Notes under the pieces: generated by a model
The model's database searches: none
Seen by the model: the letters and a program-made list of their open reading frames with translations, nothing else
What the model was told of the DNA's origin: nothing
Source: Eledone cirrhosa
Taxonomy: Eukaryota
NCBI GenBank assembly: GCA_964016885.1
Contig: OZ024743.1
Location: forward strand, 298,778,001 to 298,842,000
Length of the DNA stretch: 64,000 nt
Direction: 5' to 3'
Program-made: the position numbers and the translations under genes
In this document: positions 1-15,800 of the stretch, in pieces
Layout of the letters: every line of letters begins with the position of its first letter
How positions within the stretch are numbered: the first letter of the stretch is position 1

Positions 1-744
1 ATAGCAGCAATAGTAATAACCACAACAACACATTCAACAGCAACATACCACACCACTAACATCCTCTATAACAACTAAAGACAATACCTGCAATAGTAAT
101 AACCACAACAACACCTTCAACAGCAACAGACCACAAAACTAACATCCACTATATCAACTAAAGAAAAGAGCAGCAATAGTAATAACCACAACAACACCTT
201 CAACAGCAACAGACGACAACACAAACATCCACTATATCAACTAAAGACAATAGCAGCAATAGTAATATCCACAACAACACCTTCAACAGCAACATACCAC
301 ACCACTAACATCCTCTATAACAACTAAAGACAATAGCAGCAATAGTAATAACCACAACAACACATTCAACAGCAACATACCACACCACTAACATCCTCTA
401 TAACAACTAAAGACAATAGCAGCAATAGTAATAACCACAACGACACCTTCACCAGCAACAGACCACAACACTAACATCCACTATATCAACTAAAGACAAT
501 AGCAGCAATAGTAATAACCACAACAACACCTTCAACAGCAACAGACCACAACACTAACATCCTCTATAACAACTAAAGACAATAGCAGCAATAGTAATAA
601 CCACAACAACACCTTCAACAGCAACAGACCACACCACTAACATCCTCTATAACAAATAAAGACAATAGCAGCAATAGTAATAACCACAACACCTTCAACA
701 GCAACAGACCACAACACTAACTTCCTCTATAACAACTAAAGACA

Positions 745-2235
745 ATAGCAGCAATAGTAATAACCACAACAACACCTTCAACAGCAACATACCACACCAC
801 TAACATCTTCTATAACAACTAAAGACAATACCAGCAATAGTAATAACCACAACAACACCTTCAACAGCAACATACCACACCACTAACATCCTCTATAACA
901 ACTAAAGACAATACCGGCAATAGTAATAACCACAACAACACCTTCAACAGCAACAGACCACAACACTAACATCCTCTATAACAACTAAAGACAATAGCAG
1001 CAATAGTAATAGCCACAACAACACATTCAACAGCAACATACCACAACACTAACATCGACTATAACAACTAAAGACAATACCAGCAATAGTAATAACCACA
1101 ACAACACCTTCAACAGCAACATACGACACCACTAACATCCTCTATAACAACTAAAGACAATACCGGCAATAGTAATAACCACAACAACACCTTCAACAGC
1201 AACATACCACAACACTAACATCCTCTACAACAACTAAAGACAATACCGGCAATAGTAATAACCACAACAACACCTTCAACAGCAACAGACCACAACACTA
1301 ACATCCTCTACAACTAAAGACAATAGCAGCAATAGTAATAACCACAACAACACCTTCAACAGCAACAGACCACAACACTAACATCCTCTACAACAACTAA
1401 AGACGATAGCAGCAATAGTAATAACCACAACAACACCTTCAACAGCAACATACCACAACACTAACATCCTCTACAACAACTAAAGACAATAGCAGCAATA
1501 GTAATAACCACAACAACACCTTCAACAGCAACATACCACACCACTAACATCTTCTATAACAACTAAAGACAATACCAGCAATAGTAATAACCACAACAAC
1601 ACCTTCAACAGCAACATACCACACCACTAACATCCTCTATAACAACTAAAGACAATACCGGCAATAGTAATAACCACAACAACACCTTCAAAAGCAACAG
1701 ACCACAACACTAACATCCTCTATAACAACTAAAGACAATAGCAGCAATAGTAATAGCCACAACAACACATTCAACAGCAACATACCACAACACTAACATC
1801 GACTATAACAACTAAAGACAATACCAGCAATAGTAATAACCACAACAACACCTTCAACAGCAACATACGACACCACTAACATCCTCTATAACAACTAAAG
1901 ACAATACCGGCAATAGTAATAACCACAACAACACCTTCAACAGCAACATACCACAACACTAACATCCTCTACAACAACTAAAGACAATACCGGCAATAGT
2001 AATAACCACAACAACACCTTCAACAGCAACAAACCACAACACTAACATCCTCTACAACAACTAAAGACAATAGCAGCAATAGTAATAACCACAACAACAC
2101 CTTCAACAGCAACAGACCACAACACTAACATCCTCTACAACAACTAAAGACGATAGCAGCAATAGTAATAACCACAACAACACCTTCAACAGCAACATAC
2201 CACAACACTAACATCCTCTACAACAACTAAAGACA
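745..2235. repeat. Tandem duplication of a 9-monomer block (744/747 bp)
   Basis: Marker ATCGACT at ~1057 and ~1801 (744 = 9x83-3). Marker AGACGATAGC at ~1405 and ~2152 (747 = 9x83). Confidence 0.88.
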
Positions 2236-3309
2236 ATAGCAGCAATAGTAATAACCACAACAACACCTTCAACAGCAACAGACCACAACACTAACATCCT
2301 CTATAACAACTAAAGACAATAGCAGCAATAGTAATAACCACAACAACACCTTCCACAGCAACATACCAAAACACTAACATCCTCTATAAAAACTAAAGAC
2401 AATAGCAGCGATAGTAATAACCACAACAACACCTTCAACAGCAACATACCACAACACTAACATCCTCTATAACAACTAAAGACAATAGCAGCAATAGTAA
2501 TAACCACAACAACACATTCAACAGCAACATACCACACCACTAACATCCTCTATAACAACTAAAGACAATACCGAAAATAGTAATAACCACAACAACACCT
2601 TCAACAGCAACAGACCACAACACTAACATCATCTACAACAACTAAAGACAATAGCAGCAATAGTAATAACCACAAAAACACCTTCAACAGCAACATACCA
2701 CAACAATTGGCATCCTCTATAACAACTAAAGACAATACCAGCAATAGTAATAACCACAACAACACCTTCAATAGCAAAATACCACACCACTAACATCCTC
2801 TATAACAACTAAAGACAATACCGAAAATAGTAATAACCACAACAACACCTTCAACACCAACAGACCACAACACTAACATCCTCTATGACAACTAAAGACA
2901 ATAGCAGCAATAGTAATAACCACAACAACACCTTCAACAGCAACAGACCACAACACTAACATCCACTATATCAACTAAAGAAAATAGCAGCAATAGTAAT
3001 AACCACAACAACACATTCAACAGCAACAGACCACACCACTAACATCCTCTATAACAAATAAAGACAATAGCAGCAATAGTAATAACCACAACACCTTCAA
3101 CAGCAACAGACCACAACACTAACTTCCTCTATAACAACTAAAGACAATAGCAGCAATAGTAATAACCACAACAACACCTTCAACAGCAACATACCACACC
3201 ACTAACATCTTCTATAACAACTAAAGACAATACCAGCAATAGTAATAACCACAACAACACCTTCAACAGCAACATACCACACCACTAACATCCTCTATAA
3301 CAACTAAAG

Positions 3310-6300
3310 ACAATACCGGCAATAGTAATAACCACAACAACACCTTCAACAGCAACAGACCACAACACTAACATCCTCTATTACAACTAAAGACAATAGC
3401 AGCAATAGTAATAACCACAACAACACCTTCAATAGCAACAGACCACAAAACTAACATCCTCTACAACAACTAAAGACAATACCAGCAATAGTAATAACCA
3501 CAACAACACCTTCAACAGCAACAGACCACAACACTAACATCCTCTATAACAACTAAAGACAATAGCAGCAATAGTAATAGCCACACCAACACATTCAACA
3601 GTAACATACCACAACACTAACATCGTCTATAACAACTAAAGACAATACCAGCAATAGTAATAACCACAACAACACCTTCAACAGCAACATACAACACCAC
3701 TAACATCCTCTATAACAACTAAAGACAATACCGGCAATAGTAGTAACCACAACAACACCTTCAACAGCAACAGACCACAACACTAACATCCTCTACAACA
3801 ACTAAAGACAATAGCAGCAATAGTAATAACAACAAAAACACCTTCAACAGCAACATACCACAACACTGACATCCTCTATAACAACTAAAGACAATACCAG
3901 CAATAGTAATAACCACAACAACACCTTCAATAGCAACAGACCACAAAACTAACATCCTCTACAACAACTAAAGACAATAGCAGCAATAGTAATAACAACA
4001 AAAACACCTTCAACAGCAACATACCACAACACTGACATCCTCTATAACAACTAAAGACAATACCAGCAATAGTAATAACCACAACAACACCTTCAATAGC
4101 AACAGACCACAAAACTAACATCCTCTACAACAACTAAAGACAATAGCAGCAATAGTAATAACAACAAAAACACCTTCAACAGCAACATACCACAACACTG
4201 ACATCCTCTATAACAACTAAAGACAATACCAGCAATAGTAATAACCACAACAACACCTTCAATAGCAACAGACCACAAAACTAACATCCTCTACAACAAC
4301 TAAAGACAATAGCAGCAATAGTAATAACAACAAAAACACCATCAACAGCAACATACCACAACACTGACATCCTCTATAACAACTAAAGACAATACCAGCA
4401 ATAGTAATAACCACAACAACACCTTCAATAGCAACAGACCACAAAACTAACATCCTCTACAACAACTAAAGACAATAGCAGCAATAGTAATAACAACAAA
4501 AACACCTTCAACAGCAACATACCACAACACTGACATCCTCTATAACAACTAAAGACAATACCAGCAATAGTAATAACCACAACAACACGTTCAACAGCAA
4601 CATACCACAACACTAACATCCTCTATAACAACTAAAGACAATAGCAGCAATAGTAATAACCACAACAACATCTTCAAAAGCAACAGACCACAACACTAAC
4701 ATCCTCTATAACAACTAAAAACAATAGCAGCAATAGTAATAACCACAACAACACCTTCAACAGCAACATACCACAACACTAACATCCTCTACAACAACTA
4801 AAGACAATAGCAGCAATAGTAATAACCACAACAACACCTTCAACAGAAAGATACCACAACACTAACATCCTCTACAACAACTAAAGACAATGGCAGCAAT
4901 AGTAATAACCACAACAACACCTTCAACAGCAACAGACCACAACACTAACATCCTCTATAACAACTAAAGACAATAGCAGCAATAGTAATAACCACAACAA
5001 TACCTTCAACAGCAACAGACCACAACACTAACATCCTCTACAACAATTAAAGACAATAGCAGCAATAGTAATAACCACAACAACACCTTCAACAGCAACA
5101 GACCACAACACTAACATCCTCTATAACAACTAAAGACAATACCGGCAATAGTAATAACCACAACAACACCTTCAACAACAACATACCACACCACTAACAT
5201 CCTCTATAACAACTAAAGACAATACCGGCAATAGTAATAACCACAACAACACCTTCAACAGCAACAGACCACAACACTAACATCCTCTATAACAACTAAT
5301 GACAATACCGGCAATAGTAATAACCACAACAACACCTTCAACAGCAACAGACCACAACACTAACATCCTCTATTACAACTAAAGACAATAGCAGCAATAG
5401 TAATAACCACAACAACACCTTCAATAGCAACAGACCACAAAACTAACATCCTCTACAACAACTAAAGACAATACCAGCAATAGTAATAACCACAACAACA
5501 CCTTCAACAGCAACAGACCTCAACACTAACATCCTCTATAACAACTAAAGACAATAGCAGCAATAGTAATAGCCACAACAACACATTCAACAGCAACATA
5601 CCACAACACTAACATCGTCTATAACAACTAAAGACAATACCAGCAATAGTAATAACCACAACAACACCTTCAACAGCAACATACGACACCACTAACATCC
5701 TCTATAACAACTAAAGACAATACCGGCAATAGTAATAACCACAACAACACCTTCAACAGCAACAGACCACAACACTAACATCCTCTACAACAACTAAAGA
5801 CAATAGCAGCAATAGTAATAACAACAAAAACACCTTCAACAGCAACATACCACAACACTGACATCCTCTATAACAACTAAAGACAATACCAGCAATAGTA
5901 ATAACCACAACAACACCTTCAATAGCAACAGACCACAAAACTAACATCCTCTACAACAACTAAAGACAATACCAGCAATAGTAATAACCACAACAACACG
6001 TTCAACAGCAACATACCACAACACTAACATCCTCTATAACAACTAAAGACAATAGCAGCAATAGTAATAACCACAACAACATCTTCAAAAGCAACAGACC
6101 ACAACACTAACATCCTCTATAACAACTAAAAACAATAGCAGCAATAGTAATAACCACAACAACACCTTCAACAGCAACATACCACAACACTAACATCCTC
6201 TACAACAACTAAAGACAATAGCAGCAATAGTAATAACCACAACAACACCTTCAACAGCAACATACCACAACACTAACATCCTCTACAACAACTAAAGACA

Positions 6301-6630
6301 ATGGCAGCAATAGTAATAACCACAACAACACCTTCAACAGCAACAGACCACAACACTAACATTCTCTATAACAACTAAAGACAATAGCAGCAATAGTAAT
6401 AACCACAACAATACCTTCAACAGCAACAGACCACAACACTAACATCCTCTACAACAATTAAAGACAATAGCAGCAATAGTAATAACCACAACAACACCTT
6501 CAACAGCAACAGACCACAACACTAACATCCTCTATAACAACTAAAGACAATACCGGCAATAGTAATAACCACAACAACACCTTCAACAGCAACATACCAC
6601 AACACTAACATCCTCTACAACAACTAAAGA
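3310..6630. repeat. Duplicated block, offset 1992 bp (24 monomers) upstream of the dimer run and 1411 bp (17 monomers) downstream
   Basis: TATTACAAC at ~3381 and ~5373 (1992). ORF copies at 3761 and 5753 (1992). ATGGCAGC at ~4891 and ~6302 (1411). Confidence 0.8.
3811..4640. repeat. Local 166-bp dimer HOR, about 5 copies
   Basis: A monomer with AACAACAAAAACACC...ACTGACATC alternates with one carrying TTCAATAGC...ACAAAACT. ORF-track copies at 3761, 3927, 4093, 4259 and 4425 are exactly 166 bp apart. Confidence 0.93.
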
Positions 6631-9600
6631 CAATACCGGCAATAGTAATAACCACAACAACACCTTCAACAGCAACAGACCACAACACTAACATCCTCTA
6701 CAACAACTAAAGACAATAGCAGCAATAGTAATAACCACAACAACACCTTCAACAGCAACAGACCACAACACTAACATCCTCTACAACAACTAAAGACAAT
6801 AGCAGCAATAGTAATAACCACAACAACACCTTCAACAGCAACATACCACAACACTAACATCCTCTACAACAACTAAAGACAATAGCAGCAATAGTAATAA
6901 CCACAACAACACCTTCAACAGCAACAGACCACAACACTAACATCCTCTATAACAACTAAAGACAATAGCAGCAATAGTAATAACCACAACAACACCTTCA
7001 ACAGCAACATACCACAACACTAACATCCTCTATAAAAACTAAAGACAATAGCAGCGATAGTAATAACCACAACAACACCTTCAACAGCAACATACCACAA
7101 AACTAACATCCTCTATAACAACTAAAGACAATAGCAGCAATAGTAATAACCACAACAACACATTCAACAGCAACATACCACACCACTACCACCTCTATAA
7201 CAACTAAAGACAATACCGGCAATAGTAATAACCACAACAACACCTTCAACAGCAACAGACCACAACACTAACATCATCTACAACAACTAAAGACAATAGC
7301 AGAAATAGTAATAACCACAAAAACACCTTCAACAGCAACATACCCCAACAATTGGCATCCTCTATAACAACTAAAGACAATACCAGCAATAGTAATAACC
7401 ACAACAACACCTTCAACAGCAACATACCACAACACTAACATCCTCCATAACAACTAAAGACAATAGCAGCAATAGTAATAACCACAACAACACCTTCAAC
7501 ACCAACAGACCACAACACTAACATCCTCTATGACAACTAAAGACAATAGCAGCAATAGTAATAACCACAACAACACCTTCAACAGCAACAGACCACAACA
7601 CTAACATCCACTATATCAACTAAAGAAAATAGCAGCAATAGTAATAACCACAACAACACCTTCAACAGCAACAGACGACAACACTAACATCCACTATATC
7701 AACTAAAGACAATAGCAGCAATAGTAATATCCACAACAACACCTTCAACAGCAACAGACCACAACACTAACATCCTCTATAACAACTAAAGACAATAGCA
7801 GCAATAGTAATAACCACAACAACACCTTCAACAGCAACAGACCACACCACTAACATCCTCCATAACAACTAACGACAATAGCAGCAATAGTAATAACCAC
7901 AACAACACCTTCAACAGCAACAGACCACAAAACTAACATCCTCTATAACAACTAAAGACAATAGCAGCAATAGTAATAACCACAACAACACCTTCAACAG
8001 CAACATACCACAACACTAACACCCTCCATAACAACTAAAGACAATAGCAGCAATAGTAATAACCACAATAACACCTTCAACAGCAACATACCACACCACT
8101 AACATCCTCTATAACAACTAAAGACAATAGCAGCAATAGTAATAACCACAACAATACCTTCAACAGCAACAGACCACAACACTAACATCCTCTATAACAA
8201 CTAAAGACAATACCGGCAATAGTAATAACCACAACAACACCTTCAACAGCAACATACCACAACACTAACATCCTCTACAACAACTAAAGACAATACCGGC
8301 AATAGTAATAACCACAACAACACCTTCAACAGCAACATACCACACCACTAACATCCTCTATAACAACTAAAGACAATAGCAGCAATAGTAATAACCACAA
8401 CAACACCTTCAACAGCAACATACCACACCACTAACATCCTCTATAACAACTAAAGACAATACCAGCAATAGTAATAACCACAACAACACCTTCAACAGCA
8501 ACATACCACACCACTAACATCCTCTATAACAACTAAAGACAATACCAGCAATAGTAATAACCACAAAACCTTCAACAGCAACACACCACACCACTAACAT
8601 CCTCTATAACAACTAAAGACAATTGCAGCAATAGTAATAACCACAACAACACCTTCAACAGCAACATACCACACCACTAACATCCTCTATAACAACTAAA
8701 GACAATAGCAGCAATAGTAATAACCACAACAACACCTTCAACAGCAGCATACCACACCACTAACATCCTCTACAACAACTAAAGACAATACCAACTATAG
8801 TAATAACCACACCTTCAACAGCAACATACCACAACACTAATATCCTCTACAACATCTAAAGACAATACCAACAATAGTAATAACCGCAACAACACCTTCA
8901 ACAGCAACATACCACAACACTAACATCCTCTATATCAACTAAAGACAATACCAGCAATAGTAATAACCACAACAACACCTTCAACAGCAACATACCACAC
9001 CACTAACATCCTCTATAACAACTAAAGACAATAGCAGCAATAGTATTAACCACAACAACACCTTCAACAGCAACATACCACAACACTAACATCCTCTATA
9101 ACAACTAAAGACAATAGCAGCAATAGTAATAACCACAACAACACCTTCAACAGCAACATACCACACCACTGACATCCTCTATAAAAACTAAATACAATAG
9201 CAGCAATAGTAATAACCACAACAACACCTTCAACAGCAACAGACCACAACACTAACATCCTCTATAACAACTAAATACAATAGCAGCTATAGTAATAACC
9301 ACAACAACACCTTCAACAGCAACATACCACAACACTAACATCCTCTATAACAACTAAAGACAATATCGGCAATAGTAATAACCAAACCTTCAACAGCAAC
9401 ATACCACAACACTAACATCCTCTATAACAACTAAAGACAATACCAGCAATAGTAATAACCACAACAACACCTTCAACAGCAACAGACCACAACACTAACA
9501 TCCTCTATAACAACTAAAGACAATAGCAGCAATAGTAATAACCACAACAACACCTTCAACAGCAGCATACCACAACACTAACATCCTCTATAACAACTAA

Positions 9601-9889
9601 AGACAATACCAGCAATAGTAATAACCACAACAACACATTCAACAGCAACATACCACACCACTAACATCCTCTATAAAAACTAAAGACAATAGCAGCAATT
9701 GAAATAACCACAACAACACCTTCAACAGCAACATACCACACCACTAACATCCTCTACAACAACTAAAGACAATACCAGCTATAGTAATAACCACAACAAC
9801 ACCTTCAACAGCAACAGACCACACCACTAACATCCTCTATAATAACTAAAGACAATAGCAGCAATAGTAATAACCACAACACCTTCAAC

Positions 9890-12800
9890 AGCAACAGACC
9901 ACAACACTAACATCCTCTATAACAACTAAAGACAATAGCAGCAATAGTAATAGCCACAACAACACATTCAACATCAACATACCACAACACTAACATCGTC
10001 TATAACAACTAAAGACAATACCAGCAATAGTAATAACCACAACAACACCTTCAACAGCAACATACGACACCACTAACATCCTCTATAACAACTGAAGACA
10101 ATACCGGCAATAGTAATAACCACAACAACACCTTCAACAGCAACAGACCACAACACTAACATCCTCTACAACAACTAAAGACAATAGAAGCAATAGTAAT
10201 AACAACAAAAACACCTTCAACAGCAACATACCACAACACTGACATCCTCTACAACAACTAAAGACAATACCAGCAATAGTAATAACCACAACAACACCTT
10301 CAATAGCAACAGACCACAAAACTAACATCCTCTACAACAACTAAAGACAATACCAGCAATAGTAATAACCACAACAACACGTTCAACAGCAACATACCAC
10401 AACACTAACATCCTCTATAACAACTAAAGACAATAGCAGCAATAGTAATAACCACAACAACATCTTCAAAAGCAACAGACCACAACACTAACATCCTCTA
10501 TAACAACTAAAGACAATAGCAGCAATAGTAATAACCACAACAATACCTTCAACAGCAACAGACCACAACACTAACATCCTCTATAACAACTAAAGACAAT
10601 ACCGGCAATAGTAATAACCACAACAACACCTTCAACAGCAACATACCACAACACTAACATCCTCTACAACAACTAAAGACAATACCGGCAATAGTAATAA
10701 CCACAACAACACCTTCAACAGCAACATACCACACCACTAACATCCTCTATAACAACTAAAGACAATAGCAGCAATAGTAATAACCACAACAACACCTTCA
10801 ACAGCAACATACCACACCACTAACATCCTCTATAACAACTAAAGACAATACCAGCAATAGTAATAACCACAACAACACCTTCAACAGCAACATACCACAC
10901 CACTAACATCCTCTATAACAACTAAAGACAATACCAGCAATAGTAATAACCACAAAACCTTCAACAGCAACACACCACACCACTAACATCCTCTATAACA
11001 ACTAAAGACAATTGCAGCAATAGTAATAACCACAACAACACCTTCAACAGCAACATACCACACCACTAACATCCTCTATAACAACTAAAGACAATAGCAG
11101 CAATAGTAATAACCACAACAACACCTTCAACAGCAGCATACCACACCACTAACATCCTCTACAACAACTAAAGACAATACCAACTATAGTAATAACCACA
11201 CCTTCAACAGCAACATACCACAACACTAACATCCTCTACAACATCTAAAGACAATACCAACAATAGTAATAACCGCAACAACACCTTCAACAGCAACATA
11301 CCACAACACTAACATCCTCTATATCAACTAAAGACAATACCAGCAATAGTAATAACCACAACAACACCTTCAACAGCAACATACCACACCACTAACATCC
11401 TCTATAACAACTAAAGACAATAGCAGCAATAGTATTAACCACAACAACACCTTCAACAGCAACATACCACAACACTAACATCCTCTATAACAACTAAAGA
11501 CAATAGCAGCAATAGTAATAACCACAACAACACCTTCAACAGCAACATACCACAACACTAACATCCTCTATAACAACTAAAGACAATATCGTCAATAGTA
11601 ATAACCACACCTTCAACAGCAACATACCACAACACTAACATCCTCTACAACATCTAAAGACAATACCAGCAATAGTAATAACCACAACAACACCTTCAAC
11701 AGCAACATACCACAACACTAACATCCTCTATAACAACTAAATACAATAGCAGCAATAGTAATAACCACAACAACACCTTCAACAGCAACAGACCACAACA
11801 CTAACATCCTCTATAACAACTAAATACAATAGCAGCTATAGTAATAACCACAACAACACCTTCAACAGCAACATACCACAACACTAACATCCTCTATAAC
11901 AACTAAAGACAATATCGGCAATAGTAATAACCACACCTTCAACAGCAACATACCACACCACTAACATCCTCTATAACAACTAAAGACAATACCAGCAATA
12001 GTAATAACCACAACAACACCTTCAACAGCAACAGACCACAACACTAACATCCTCTATAACAACTAAAGACAATAGCAGCAATAGTAATAACCACAACAAC
12101 ACCTTCAACAGCAGCATACCACAACACTAACATCCTCTATAACAACTAAAGACAATACCAGCAATAGTAATAACCACAACAACACATTCAACAGCAACAT
12201 ACCACACCACTAACATCCTCTATAAAAACTAAAGACAATAGCAGCAATTGAAATAACCACAACAACACCTTCAACAGCAACATACCACACCACTAACATC
12301 CTCTACAACAACTAAAGACAATACCGGCAATAGTAATAACCACAACAACACCTTCAACAGCAACAGACCACAACACTAACATCCTCTATAACAACTAAAG
12401 ACAATAGCAGCAATAGTAATAACCACAACAACACCTTCAATAGCAACAGACCACAAAACTAACATCCTCTACAACAACTAAAGACAATACCAGCAATAGT
12501 AATAACCACAACAACACCTTCAACAGCAACAGACCACAACACTAACATCCTCTATAACAACTAAAGACAATAGCAGCAATAGTAATAGCCACAACAACAC
12601 ATTCAACATCAACATACCACAACACTAACATCGTCTATAACAACTAAAGACAATACCAGCAATAGTAATAACCACAACAACACCTTCAACAGCAACATAC
12701 GACACCACTAACATCCTCTATAACAACTGAAGACAATACCGGCAATAGTAATAACCACAACAACACCTTCAACAGCAACAGACCACAACACTAACATCCT

Positions 12801-15800
12801 CTACAACAACTAAAGACAATAGAAGCAATAGTAATAACAACAAAAACACCTTCAACAGCAACATACCACAACACTGAAATCCTCTACAACAACTAAAGAC
12901 AATACCAGCAATAGTAATAACCACAACAACACCTTCAATAGCAACAGACCACAAAACTAACATCGTCTATAACAACTAAAGACAATACCAGCAATAGTAA
13001 TAACCACAACAACACCTTCAACAGCAACATACGACACCACTAACATCCTCTATAACAACTGAAGACAATACCGGCAATAGTAATAACCACAACAACACCT
13101 TCAACAGCAACAGACCACAACACTAACATCCTCTACAACAACTAAAGACAATAGAAGCAATAGTAATAACAACAAAAACACCTTCAACAGCAACATACCA
13201 CAACACTGACATCCTCTACAACAACTAAAGACAATACCAGCAATAGTAATAACCACAACAACACCTTCAATAGCAACAGACCACAAAACTAACATCCTCT
13301 ACAACAACTAAAGACAATACCAGCAATAGTAATAACCACAACAACACGTTCAACAGCAACATACCACAACACTAACATCCTCTATAACAACTAAAGACAA
13401 TAGCAGCAATAGTAATAACCACAACAACATCTTCAAAAGCAACAGACCACAACACTAACATCCTCTATAACAACTAAAGACAATAGCAGCAATAGTAATA
13501 ACCACAACAATACCTTCAACAGCAACAGACCACAACACTAACATCCTCTATAACAACTAAAGACAATACCGGCAATAGTAATAACCACAACAACACCTTC
13601 AACAGCAACATACCACAACACTAACATCCTCTACAACAACTAAAGACAATACCGGCAATAGTAATAACCACAACAACACCTTCAACAGCAACATACCACA
13701 ACACTAACATCCTCTATAACAACTAAAGACAATTGCAGCAATAGTAATAACCACAACAACACCTTCAACAGCAACATACCACACCACTAACATCCTCTAT
13801 AACAACTAAAGACAATAGCAGCAATAGTAATAACCACAACAACACCTTCAACAGCAGCATACCACACCACTAACATCCTCTACAACAACTAAAGACAATA
13901 CCAACTATAGTAATAACCACACCTTCAACAGCAACATACCACAACACTAACATCCTCTACAACATCTAAAGACAATACCAACAATAGTAATAACCGCAAC
14001 AACACCTTCAACAGCAACATACCACAACACTAACATCCTCTATATCAACTAAAGACAATACCAGCAATAGTAATAACCACAACAACACCTTCAACAGCAA
14101 CATACCACACCACTAACATCCTCTATAACAACTAAAGACAATAGCAGCAATAGTATTAACCACAACAACACCTTCAACAGCAACATACCACAACACTAAC
14201 ATCCTCTATAACAACTAAAGACAATAGCAGCAATAGTAATAACCACAACAACACCTTCAACAGCAACATACCACAACACTAACATCCTCTATAACAACTA
14301 AAGACAATATCGTCAATAGTAATAACCACACCTTCAACAGCAACATACCACAACACTAACATCCTCTACAACATCTAAAGACAATACCAGCAATAGTAAT
14401 AACCACAACAACACCTTCAACAGCAACATACCACAACACTAACATCCTCTATAACAACTAAATACAATAGCAGCAATAGTAATAACCACAACAACACCTT
14501 CAACAGCAACAGACCACAACACTAACATCCTCTATAACAACTAAATACAATAGCAGCTATAGTAATAACCACAACAACACCTTCAACAGCAACATACCAC
14601 AACACTAACATCCTCTATAACAACTAAAGACAATATCGGCAATAGTAATAACCAAACCTTCAACAGCAACATACCACAACACTAACATCCTCTATAACAA
14701 CTAAAGACAATACCAGCAATAGTAATAACCACAACAACACCTTCAACAGCAACAGACCACAACACTAACATCCTCTATAACAACTAAAGACAATAGCAGC
14801 AATAGTAATAACCACAACAACACCTTCAACAGCAGCATACCACAACACTAACATCCTCTATAACAACTAAAGACAATACCAGCAATAGTAATAACCACAA
14901 CAACACATTCAACAGCAACATACCACACCACTAACATCCTCTATAAAAACTAAAGACAATAGCAGCAATTGAAATAACCACAACAACACCTTCAACAGCA
15001 ACATACCACACCACTAACATCCTCTACAACAACTAAAGACAATACCAGCTATAGTAATAACCACAACAACACCTTCAACAGCAACAGACCACACCACTAA
15101 CATCCTCTATAATAACTAAAGACAATAGCAGCAATAGTAATAACCACAACACCTTCAACAGCAACAGACCACAACACTAACTTCCTCTATAACAACTAAA
15201 GACAATAGCAGCAATAGTAATAACCACAACAACACCTTCAACAGCAACATACCACACCACTAACATCTTCTATAACAACTAAAGACAATACCAGCAATAG
15301 TAATAACCACAACAACACCTTCAACAGCAACATACCACACCACTAACATCCTCTATAACAACTAAAGACAATACCGGCAATAGTAATAACCACAACAACA
15401 CCTTCAACAGCAACAGCCCACAACACTAACATCCTCTATAACAACTAAAGACAATAGCAGCAATAGTAATAACCACAACAACACCTTCAATAGCAACAGA
15501 CCACAAAACTAACATCCTCTACAACAACTAAAGACAATAGCAGCAATAGTAATAACCACAACAACACCTTCAATAGCAACAGACCACAAAACTAACATCC
15601 TCTACAACAACTAAAGACAATACCAGCAATAGTAATAACCACAACAACACCTTCAACAGCAACAGACCACAACACTAACATCCTCTATAACAACTAAAGA
15701 CAATAGCAGCAATAGTAATAGCCACAACAACACATTCAACATCAACATACCACAACACTAACATCGTCTATAACAACTAAAGACAATACCAGCAATAGTA

